In this document: positions 11,396 through 20,922 of the stretch, piece by piece
How the letters are laid out: the number at the start of each line of letters is the position of its first letter
Position numbering within the stretch: position 1 is the first letter of the stretch
DNA from: Octopus sinensis
Taxonomy: Eukaryota
Direction of reading: 5' to 3'
DNA length: 32,256 nt
NCBI RefSeq assembly: GCF_006345805.1
Contig: NW_021829607.1
Coordinates: forward strand, 1 to 32,256
Position numbers and translations under genes: made by a program
The notes under the pieces: model-generated
The model's input: only the letters and a program-made list of their open reading frames with translations
What the model was told of the DNA's origin: nothing
Database searches by the model: none

Positions 11396-11789
11396 TATGT
11401 TGTTGGTGACAGTTATATGATGTCCAGTATTGGTGATGGCTAGAACGAGTGAGGCAGAGAGAGAGGGGAGGGGGAGTGAGAGATAAAGAGAAACAGAGAC
11501 GTGTGTAAATTCTTGGAACTAGTGGAGGCGATAGGTAATGACAATGGTGTGTGCAGCAAAATTACAGCCAGGATGTGCTAAGTCAGTAATGGTATTTCAA
11601 CAGTTGGCACCAGTATGATTTAACTGCATCTCACATGCAAAACAACAATTGCATCTACTCAAGGTGATTCGGTTTCTAATTTCACCGTTGCACACTGTAC
11701 ATAGTTAATACCGTTATGAATGTCCGTTATTCTAACTTTTAGTGTTCCTCTTGTGTGTGAATAGGAGGGTGAAAAATCGTTGAGGAAGG

Positions 11790-12012
11790 AGTGATGGTGG
11801 TGGTGGTGGTGGTGGTGGTTGATAGTGTTGGTAGGGAAGGCGATGATGGAATCATTGCCTGTGATGATGGTGATGGCGATGGTGAAGAATATAGCAGGAG
11901 GGCAGTACTGCTGGTGGTGATGGTAGTGATGGTGGTAGTTTCGGGAACGGTGGTAGTGTTGGTAGCCATGGCAATCATACCAACTATTACTACTGCTGCT
12001 GCTGTTCCTGTC

Positions 12013-12058
<46 letters not shown>

Positions 12059-12105
12059 TAGTAGTAGTAGTAGTAGTAGTAGTTTTTGTTGTAGTAGTGC
12101 TGATG
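11790..12105. repeat. Degenerate GGT/GAT/TAG triplet tract with a pure (TAG)n core from ~12014
   Basis: Read directly. Confidence 0.9.
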
Positions 12106-12546
12106 GCTCCGTTCTTTTCGATACTTAGCCCCAGGTTACCCTTGGCTAACAGACAAAACATTAAATGCGCCATCCCATATGTTTATGTACACCCATACAC
12201 ACACACACACATACACACATACGCACGCGCGCACGTACGCACATATAGGAGCAGTACAGTGTACCACTTTGCAAACGTGGTCAGTGATCTAAATCTCGCT
12301 GCGTTTCCACTTAGGCAAACACAATATTCTACATTCTTGGATCTAATCGTACTTTCTAAGTCACCTTTGGTAGACAGAAACTTCTCAGTTGTTCTGTAAA
12401 CTGTAATTCAATAACACATACTGTGTTATGGTCGTTCAACCTAAGAATTTCGCCAAATGTACACGTGTTTGTGGAATACTCAACCACTTAACTGATCAGT
12501 TCTATGTATATATGTATGTGTGTACGAATGTATGTATGCATGTATG

Positions 12547-13005
12547 TCAGTTCACTTTCGAGTGCTACTGGTAACATGTAACCCAGCACAACCTGCTGCA
12601 TGGTCGGGTCGTCGGCGACTAAACCGGCAACCCCACCAAGCTTGCTTGGTGAGGAGGGTGTTTATTGGACACCCTGCGGGATGAAAAACAAAACCCGTCA
12701 AAGGGCAGGGAAACTCTTAAGAGTCAACGGCCATCCATTAAATGTCTTAAGGCTTTATCATGCGCGGGGACATAGAAATAATCGGACTGAATATCCGATC
12801 GCGCAGTTAAACCATTGGAAGTGAAGGACTCCTAGCCTTTGTTATGGCATTCTTCCAGGAGAAGGTAACTCAGGTAAATGGCATAACTCTGACATAAAAC
12901 CTGCGACTCAGTGGTTACCGATGATGTTGACTTGTTCTTCTTTTCGGATTATGGCTGCTGTTGCTTAGTGAGTGGGATTGACTCAGTGCACAGCCTTTCC
13001 TCACC
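12547..13005. mobile_element. ~460-bp structured insertion with 11-bp flanking direct repeat; possibly a LINE (RTE-like) UTR fragment or SINE
   Basis: atgcatgtatg on both flanks (12536-12546, 13006-13016); higher GC than flanks; several small hairpins. Family assignment is a guess. Confidence 0.45.
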
Positions 13006-13295
13006 ATGCATGTATGTATGTATACATCAACTGCTATTCGTGTAGAAAAGAAACAAGCTTAGTGGTACGTAGTAAAGGATATTCAATCCATGCCGGCTTC
13101 TCTGGTTAAGAAATGCAAAGATATTTATGTGTGTGCGCGCGTGTGTGTGTGCATTATATATATTTTATATATATTTTATCGGACGAATGTAAGTTCGTCC
13201 TCCAATAGGAATTTTTCACTAAGATTTCTAATGTCTTTTTTTCGTACTTTACTTTCGAATTTTCTTATATAAATTCGTATAGGTATGAAAGCTTG

Positions 13296-13850
13296 TGTTG
13301 AAAGAATAAGTATATGATTTAACTTATTAAACAAAGTGCAACAAATTCATTCATAATTATGTAATGGAGGAGATTTGGTGTAAAAATCGTTTATAGTTTT
13401 TATTTTTCGTATTGCTATACAATTGTTTCATACAAATGCACTTAGATATTCATAAATAGAATACTGTAATAGTCATACTTGTACTCCTCAGTAGTTAATA
13501 GAAAAACAAACGAAAAGACGTATAAAATACATAGGTTTTTTTCCATACTTATTATTTTGGGATTTGTATATTCGTCCTTCCAGGTGTGTTTATTTGAATC
13601 TAGACTAGGTTTAAATAGGCGCTACTTGAAGAAATAATATACAAATTAACTACTGAGTAGTACAAGAATGACTATTGCAGTGTTCTATTTATGAATATCT
13701 GAGTCTATTTGTATGAAACAATTGTATAGCAATATGAAAAATAAAAACCTATAATCCATCTTATTATCCACTCTCCTTCATTACATAAATATGAATGAAT
13801 TTGTTAAACTTTTGTTTAATAAGTTAAGTCATATATTGATTATTTCAATA
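13296..13850. mobile_element. AT-rich fold-back element/MITE with ~205-bp inverted arms
   Basis: 13296-13499 aligns to the reverse complement of 13645-13850 (e.g. tattgctatacaattgtttcatacaaat / atttgtatgaaacaattgtatagcaata); ~145-bp non-matching spacer. Confidence 0.85.
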
Positions 13851-13943
13851 TATATGTGTGTGCATATTATTTCAATATATATGTGTGTGCAATATATATG
13901 TGTGTGGCCGCAGCTCTGAGCTGAAACTAGAAAAAAATATATA

Positions 13944-13979
<36 letters not shown>

Positions 13980-14010
13980 TGTATTATGTACACACACACA
14001 TATATATATA

Positions 14011-14168
14011 GTGAGAATTTATAAAAAAACAAAAGACGAAGACGAGTGTGTAAACAACAAACAGATGTAATAGTTTAACGCTCGGGAAGTGAGAAAGTCT
14101 TTTACGTTTCGAGCCTACGCTCTTCGACAGAAAGGAACACAAAAATAAACAGAGAGAGAAAATAGATC
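14011..14168 (-). mobile_element. Short PLE-derived element, copy 3, with the best-preserved minimal hammerhead-like motif (~14097-14135)
   Basis: Minus strand CTTT-CTGTCGA-A-GAGC-GTAG-GCTC-GAAACGTA-AAAG; flanked by (TA)n. Confidence 0.7.
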
Positions 14169-14464
14169 ATATATATATATAACTGCCTGTGTGTATACAC
14201 TGTTTATAGTGATATATGAATAAAGTAAGGCAACCACAATTAGGAAGAACAACTGCAACCGTGGAATAGAAGGTACCTTAATACATGTATACCATAGAAT
14301 ACATGCGTTAATGTACCGAGGAAATTTCATTATATGACATATGTACCGGCGCGTTTCTTTATAACTTACACCATGGTTTGTAGTTTATGTCTCAGTTTAT
14401 GCAATATAACAGAAATATCCAATATAAAACAGTTTCTAGTTTTGTTTTTAAATAATTTTGAGGA

Positions 14465-15075
14465 GTATAATTCTTAGATCCAACATGGTGTCAGAATTCC
14501 TAAGTACAACATATTTCCGTTGTAACAGGAAGGTAGAATACGTGGATTTCGTGACTCCAAGGAAGTAAATATGGCTGACGTAATGCATAGATATAACATG
14601 TCGGCGTCGTAAATCACAAATAGATGTGGGAGGATTAAAGCCTATTTCAAGATATACTATTTTAGCCTGCCGTAACTCTTAGATAATACGTGTGGGGTTG
14701 TAATTTATGTATATATGTCGGTGTTTTAACTCCCAGATACATCATGTGAATATCATAATCTTAGCTTGTACCACACCATGATTGGAACATGTAGATGCTA
14801 TATGTAAGTGTTGTAACTCTTAGTAACATATGGATGTCAAGCGAAGCACTATGTAATAGGTCGATATTTTAGAAATGGTAGCTAAATTCCAATTGAAACA
14901 GATGTATCACGCGAATGTCTTTATTCTTAGATACATCATGTGCGAGTTGTAACTACTACATGGAACACATGACTATTGTAACTCATCGATATAATATGTG
15001 AATCTCAAAGAACCATAACGTAAAGCTAAATCCTATTTAAAACTGGTGTAACTACATTTTAGCACATCGAATGAC
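14465..15075. repeat. Highly degenerate ~29-bp tandem array, approximate consensus GTAACTCTTAGATACAwCATGTGnnnGTT
   Basis: Unit starts at 14523, 14552, 14581, 14610 and at 14727, 14756, 14785, 14814, 14843 are spaced 29 nt apart; further units at 14673, 14701, 14922, 14950, 14979. Confidence 0.7.
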
Positions 15076-15107
15076 AATACGGAGCGCCCTCATTACATTG
15101 TGCATAT

Positions 15108-15197
15108 CAGTGGTTCTCAACCAATTTTTGCCTATGGACTCCTTTGATTTTTATTGTATGCTACTGGACCGCCATATATATCTAAAAAAATCTTACT
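15108..15197 (+). mobile_element. Terminal fragment of a hAT-type non-autonomous element, interrupted by a SINE
   Basis: Begins CAGTGGTTCTCAACC, a typical hAT/Charlie-type TIR start; the other end was not found. Confidence 0.4.
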
Positions 15198-15361
15198 GAG
15201 TGGCTGTGTGGTTAGTAGCTTGCTTACCAACCACATGATTCCGGGTTCATTCCCATTGCGTAGCACCTTGGGGAAGTGTCTTCTACTATAGCCTCGGGCC
15301 GGCCAAAGCCTTGTGAGTGGATTTGGTAGACGGAAACTGAAAGACGCTTGTCGTATATATG

Positions 15362-15392
<31 letters not shown>

Positions 15393-15628
15393 TTGTGTAT
15401 GTGTGCGTGTGTGTATATGTTTGTGTGTCTGTGTTTGTCCCCCCAAACATCGCTTGACAACCGATGCTGGTGTGTTTACGTCCCCGTAACTTAGCGGTTC
15501 GGCAAAAGAGACTGATAGAATAAGTACTAGGCTTACAAAGAATAAGTCCTGGGGTCGATTTGCTCGACTAAAGGCGGTGCTCCAGCATGGCCGCAGTCAA
15601 ATGACTGAAACAAAAGACGAAAAAGAGA
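15198..15628 (+). mobile_element. tRNA-derived SINE, family B, near-complete copy with internal (TA)/(TG) microsatellite
   Basis: A-box-like TGGCTGTGTGG, B-box-like GGTTCATTCCC, body cctcgggccggccaaagccttgtgagtgg, 3' ggcggtgctccagcatggccgcagtcaaatgactgaaac plus A-rich tail; three further copies in the window. Confidence 0.9.
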
Positions 15629-16249
15629 GTTAAATATTAAGAAGAATTGTATAAAAAAGAATTAGAGTATTTTGTGTACTGTGGAGGTAATAACAAAATC
15701 TTTTATGTGCCCCAATCGAAAACCCCTGGTGTATATCATGTATCATGTTGCAAATTGCTGTTGTTGTTGTCATTGTTTGATGTTGTTGTTTAACTTTTAG
15801 CCATAATCCAACACATTTACGATCATAGAAGCTAAACTGTACTGTTGGTCTTAGTGACAAAATGAAAATGTGATTATTGGTGGGTGTTTTCGAGTAGTAG
15901 TAGTAGTATAGTAGTAGTAGTAGTAGTAGTAGTGTCAGAGCTATGCCATCGGGAACTTCGGTTCCTAGTAGGGCCACCCAAGTCGGATTGGTCTGACAGC
16001 GAGTGGTATTAGAACCACAACCCGGTAGACGGGGCTCTGGTGAAAATCCTCGGAGTGTCTGTTTCGGCAACCGGCGGCTCCTCGGTCGTTCTGTCCCTGC
16101 GTCTGCGAATAATCTGCGGCAAACAGGATGTCTCTACATGCGGGATTGTTGGGGACCGCTTGTAAAATCCACATATTCCCACGTAACTTCTTCCAAGGAA
16201 GAAGCCGACTCAACCCGCTCAGGGTGAATGTCGCCACAAGTACAAGTAA

Positions 16250-16612
16250 GTAGTAATACAGATAGTGGTAATAGCAGAACTAGTGGTAATTGTTGGGTAG
16301 TTTTAGGCTAGCATTTGGGTTGCTGTGTTGGCTGTGGAGCAGTGGTAGTAGTGATCGTAATACTAGCTTTATTGTATGCTCATAGTAGTGACTGTGATAC
16401 AGTGGTGGTAGTGGTAGTGGTTGTGACAGTGACAGAGGTAGCGGTAGCGGTCAGTATTGACGACGACAACGACGATGATGATGATGATAGTGATGGTGAT
16501 GATGATGAGGATGAAGACGCTGATGTTGATGGTAGTGTCTAGTGCAACGAGAAAGCTAACACTAACGACATCACTTTAAATGACGTATATAATGTTGATA
16601 GAGTCGTTGTTG

Positions 16613-16644
<32 letters not shown>

Positions 16645-16885
16645 GGTGGTGGTGGTTGTTGTTGTTGTTGGCGGTGGTCGTGGTTGTTGTTGGTGGTGGT
16701 AGTGATGGTGGTGGTGTTGGTGGTGGTGGTGGTCGTCGTGGTGGTGGTCGTGGTGGTGGTCGTGGTGGTCGTGGTGGTCGTGGTGGTCGTGGCGATGATG
16801 GTGGTGGTGGTGGCGGCGGTGGCGGTGGCGGTGGTACCAGCGCGAGCGGCAGTGGTGCTGGTGACAGTGGTTGTGGTGATAATGG
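16250..16885. repeat. Compound G-rich triplet tracts (TAG/GAT/GTT/GGT/GTC/GGC)
   Basis: Read directly; source of poly-V/G/D ORFs. Confidence 0.9.
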
Positions 16886-17215
16886 TTGTGTTACGGTGCT
16901 GCTCTTTTCGTTATTTAACCCCAGGTCAGTTGTGAATTTACAAGCCTATGATCAAAAGTCGTCACTCCTATCACGAGCATTCCATCTGTTATGCAGTATA
17001 TACAGAGTATTGTATCTGAGATCATTATTATCCAATGTGCCCTTTTCACTTCTTAGAGAATAATATTTTACTGTTGTTTCTAGCCGGCCGCCAGACCACT
17101 TTGGGACCTACTCTTTCGGCCCAGATGTTTATGGTGATGTGGAAAAGCTCAGTTGTTAAATTACAGAAGCAGCGGAGGTGTGCCGCTTCCAGGTGTGTGT
17201 GTGTGTAAAGATCGC

Positions 17216-17462
17216 AACATGGCCGATGAAGTAGAAATAGGCTTTGCAATAAAAATCGCAGATATACATCAAATTCCCGCTGCCATGATATTGTTCCTAC
17301 TCGGCCATTTTGTTGCTACAGTATCACATAAATCTAATAGTTGCACACCCCATGGCCATTTCTTCATTGTTTATGTGAATGTGAGCATATATCTCTGCTA
17401 TGTCACGACTTTTGATGGCCGCTGCACTGGTAAATATTTGCAAATGGTCGTATAAATGGCGG
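17216..17462. promoter_or_regulatory. Cluster of YY1/Pho-like (GCCAT/ATGGC) motifs; candidate cis-regulatory element
   Basis: Seven GCCAT/ATGGC pentamers in ~250 bp, including AACATGGCCG, CGGCCATTTT and AAATGGCGG. Function is inference. Confidence 0.3.
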
Positions 17463-17926
17463 GGAATATGTTCTGTTTCTATGTGGGAGTCACTATTTGA
17501 GTTGTTGATGTGTGCTCTTCCATGTTTATGTATGAAATTCTGTATGTATGTATGAATGTATGTATCTATGTATGTATGTATGTATGTATGTATGTATGTA
17601 TGTATCTATCTATCTATCTATCTTTCTCTGTACGTAAGTATGCATGTTTATCAATGTATATATGTACGCATGTATGCATGTACGTATGTAAGTATGCATG
17701 TCTGTATGTATGCATTTACGTATTATGTAAGCATGTATGTGCATACGAATACATGTATGTGCGTAACTGTGTACAAGAGGGAAGGTTTGTACACAAGTGT
17801 GCACGTATGTATGCGTGTCTGTATGTAAGTACGTATAGATGTTTATTTGCATGTGCACATGTATATATGATACCTTGTGTGAGTGTATCAATGTATACTT
17901 GTGTTTGTGTTTGTATGTATATAATA

Positions 17927-18311
17927 CTAGCAGTATCGCCCGGCGTTGCTCAGGTTTGTAAGGGAAATAACTATAAAGCATTTTTAGAGAGTTATAGCCA
18001 AAAAACAGCAAAAAAATGGGAAAAAAATGATGGTAAATTTTTTTTGATAGTTAAAAAAGATGGAGTTGCGTCCCCTACACAGTTTGTGGTTTGTGTTCCT
18101 GATTCTCGACCCCATGTCGAATTTATTGATTTTTTTCAGAACTGGGGGAACTTTTCAAAATTTTCGCTGCGTTAGTTTTGAATTATGACATTGGGCTATG
18201 TGTGTGTCAAGTTTCATCAGAATCGGTTGAAAGCCGTGGTCAGGGTGAGGGTACAAGCAAACAGACACACAGAAACACGCACAGACAAACTGCCGTTTAT
18301 ATATAGAGAGA
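17927..18311 (-). mobile_element. Complete non-autonomous Helitron (~385 bp)
   Basis: Minus strand: A|TCTCTCTATATATAAACGG ... cctgagcaacgccggg (subterminal hairpin) cgatactgCTAG|T. Shows 5'-TC, 3'-CTAG, A|T insertion site and no TSD. Confidence 0.85.
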
Positions 18312-18360
18312 TTATTTCAATATGTATATCTTGTCGCGTAAGTGTATCTATATCTATTTC

Positions 18361-18582
18361 TATTTCTTTACTACCCACAAGGGGCTAAAGACAGAGAGGA
18401 CAAACAAGGACAGACAAACGGATTAAGTCGATTATATCGACCCCAGTGCGTAACTGGTACTTAATTTATCGACCCTGAAAGGATGAAAGGCAAAGTCAAC
18501 CTCGGTGGATTTGAACTCAGAACGTAGCGGCAGACGAAATACGGCTACGCATTTCGCCCGGCATGCTAACGTTTCTGCCAGC
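18361..18582 (-). mobile_element. tRNA-derived SINE, family A
   Basis: Minus strand A-box-like TGGCAGAAACG, B-box-like GAGTTCAAATCC, central ctttgcctttcatcctttcagggtcgataaattaagtaccag; homologous to 27157-27362. Confidence 0.88.
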
Positions 18583-19177
18583 GTAAGTCGGTATATATAT
18601 GTGTGTTTGAAATCGTAGCTTTCTTATGTATGCATAATATCATGAGTTCATAAGTTACGTATATCCTTCTATATAAACATAGTTAGAATACATCTATGTA
18701 TGTGTATATATGTGGTTACGGAAAGGCACTCTCGCATGTATATTCGTACATGCATTTGAGTATATATACTCACCTGTATATATTGCTACAAATTTGTGTT
18801 TGTTATCCTATATGTTTCAGGAGCAACCCTTATGAATATATGTGTATGTATACAGTATATACATTTCTTTATCTTAGTCCCTGCGTTTTGTTTTATGTAT
18901 TTAGTATTGTTTAATACCCCGTTTTAGTGGATTTCGTCACTGAACTTTGGTCATACTGAAACAAAACATTCAAATATGTTTAGTTAATTTCATCGACCAT
19001 AGAAGTAATTTCTGATTTTGAAGAAACCTGAAGAACGTAAACATCCCTTCGCTCTTGTACTCTTTACTTACGCATACCGAGGATGTACACTAAGTAACTG
19101 GAGTAGTTGCCGCAAGTTCGCACCTACTATCTCCTACTTAGGTAAAGAATGTTCTGTCCAAACTTGTATTTAATAGG

Positions 19178-19390
19178 GAGATACTTCAAGGCATAAAGAA
19201 GTCAACTTCCTCAGAAATAAATGGATCTGCGAAAGAATTTACTAAGAAGCTGTTTGTAGAGCACTTGCAATTATATGAATGTGCTTTGTCCCTATAGTGT
19301 AATCAGATGTATGAAACAAGGTATGTGGAACACATGTGCAAGCTCACTAATCCGTGAAATGCTGTTGAGCGTATGCTATCAAAAGTAAAA
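19178..19390 (+). mobile_element. Possible very decayed LINE RT-upstream fragment
   Basis: EILQGIKKSTSSEINGSAKEFTKKLF...NQMYET loosely resembles EI..AIKK...SPGxDGLxxEFYK..F...NxxxxxG; weak and contains stops. Confidence 0.2.
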
Positions 19391-19945
19391 CAAATTTATC
19401 TGCTAACTTTGTTAGTTAGGGACGAGAGAGGTAAGTATTTGCTGGTGCTGGTATTGTTGGTAAGGCTTACGTCAGCCATGTTTGACCAGACATCTGCTCA
19501 AAGATGTTTCGCTTGTAAAATGTCCAGAGTCATATTATGCAATGTGTATTTCTTATTCTGCAACGATAGGACGTGATTTGAGTGAGATTTTTCAGCTATT
19601 ACTACTGGGACGAGCTAAGTCTCGGTGTCTCAATAGTTGGCTCGTGCACAGACAGTTTTCAGTTGTAGTCATCAGAGCGAAATGAGAGTTTTTGTAGTGA
19701 GTGCCGAACGGAATGGAAAGGTGAGAAAAATTGATATTATGTAGAGATCAAATCATTTCTTCACAAAAGTGGGGATGAAATTACAAAATGATGAAAATCA
19801 TCAGAATATCTGTGATTATTTCAGATTTAAGAAACAAAAATCGAGGTTAACCTTGTAAATACCACAATCTAAATAGACATATATCTCTAAAGGACTTGGG
19901 AGAGACATAGTCTTTCCCAAGTTTTCAGAGGAAATTTTACTGACA

Positions 19946-19990
<45 letters not shown>

Positions 19991-19993
<3 letters not shown>

Positions 19994-20922
19994 TCTTCTA
20001 TTTTTCAATTATCATAAATCTTCCACTGAGGAGGGAGCCGGTTTCCAACAAAGATACAAGGCTCCATCTTTGGGATGTAGTTAACACAGACAAATTCGCT
20101 TTTGGAACTTGAGAAAAGTTTTGGCATATTTTTACTGTTCCACTCCTTAATTGGACTTGTAATGTACGAATCAGCCGGTCAGTTTCTCTTTCTGAAAATC
20201 TCGGTTGATTCAGATTCTCCTTTAAGCATTTACTAACAAAACCTAGTGTTCCAATTATTATTGCTATGAATATGAATTCATAATGTTGATATAGAAGCTA
20301 GAGTTTTCGAAGCAGTTGTCCATAGATATCCTCTTTCATTTTGATTTCCAAAGAGATATTTATATCTGCCAGGCAGCTAACCTCTATGATGATACATACT
20401 TTGCCCCTCTGTCCCAAACAACAATATCCGGCCTGTTGTGCTTACATTTGACAGGCGTTTTGATGAGAATATTCCACCAGCATTCCTTGAGTTGGTGTTT
20501 ACGAATGTATTCCATAAGAAAGAGATCTTCTAAGTTTATTTCAGGACAGTCTTTTTTGCGAATGGCATTGTAAATTGTTTTAGCAACAGCATTGTGCCGC
20601 ATAGGGAGATAGTACCGTGACGACATTTTAGGACAGCTGCTAATCACATGCATAATGTCTTCTACAGAAACATGACATAGCCTACACATGCGGTTGTACC
20701 TTGGGATTACAGGAGCGTCACTGTCTCTCTTGTTCATCAGACACTTTGTGGCAATCTCCTGTTCATGGATTGCAAACATATAACATTCAAAGTGTGATGT
20801 GATGTAGTGGTCATGTGTCCAAGAGAGGATACGCTTCGTGTCAATTCTATAGTCTTCTTCAAGCTTTCGGGCCACATACCCGTGCATGGTCTTTTTTTTG
20901 TATGCTGAGTGTTTTCCAGATT
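19991..20922 (-). mobile_element. 5'-truncated RLE-type non-LTR retrotransposon (R4/Dong-like) 3' end, degenerate
   Basis: CRLCHVSVEDIMHVISSC (CX2CX8HX4C knuckle), RHNAVAK, WWN..KT...HNRPDIVVWD, then after a frameshift IIEVSCLADINI...KEDIYGQLLRKL*...IIGTLGFVSK...GTVKIC. This is a PD-(D/E)xK restriction-like endonuclease. The 3' UTR ends at a (TA)n tract. Confidence 0.9.

Noticed and set aside
12265-12393. Possible - strand exon (ttacagtttacag|...AAGTG|gtacac; TTEKFLSTKGDLESTIRSKNVEYCVCLSGNAARFRSLTTFAK)
   Set aside because: No recognisable homology and its phase is incompatible with the 10116-10307 candidate; unsupported without RNA data.
14465-15075. ~29-bp periodic array as a CRISPR array
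   Set aside because: Units are contiguous and degenerate, with no conserved repeat/unique spacer alternation, no cas genes, and a eukaryotic context.
15198-15270. A-box/B-box segments (also near 18500-18582 and 27280-27362) as tRNA genes
   Set aside because: No complete cloverleaf; each continues into a shared SINE body and tail.
17510-18175. 221-aa ORF and the many other Y/I/C/V/H/T-, poly-E/K/R-, poly-V/S- and poly-I/D/N-rich ORFs in the track (e.g. 3337-3756, 10560-10838, 11791-12399, 16656-17063, 27329-27628, 28533-28860)
   Set aside because: They are stop-free translations of di-, tri- and tetranucleotide microsatellites, sometimes running into repeats; no domain signal.
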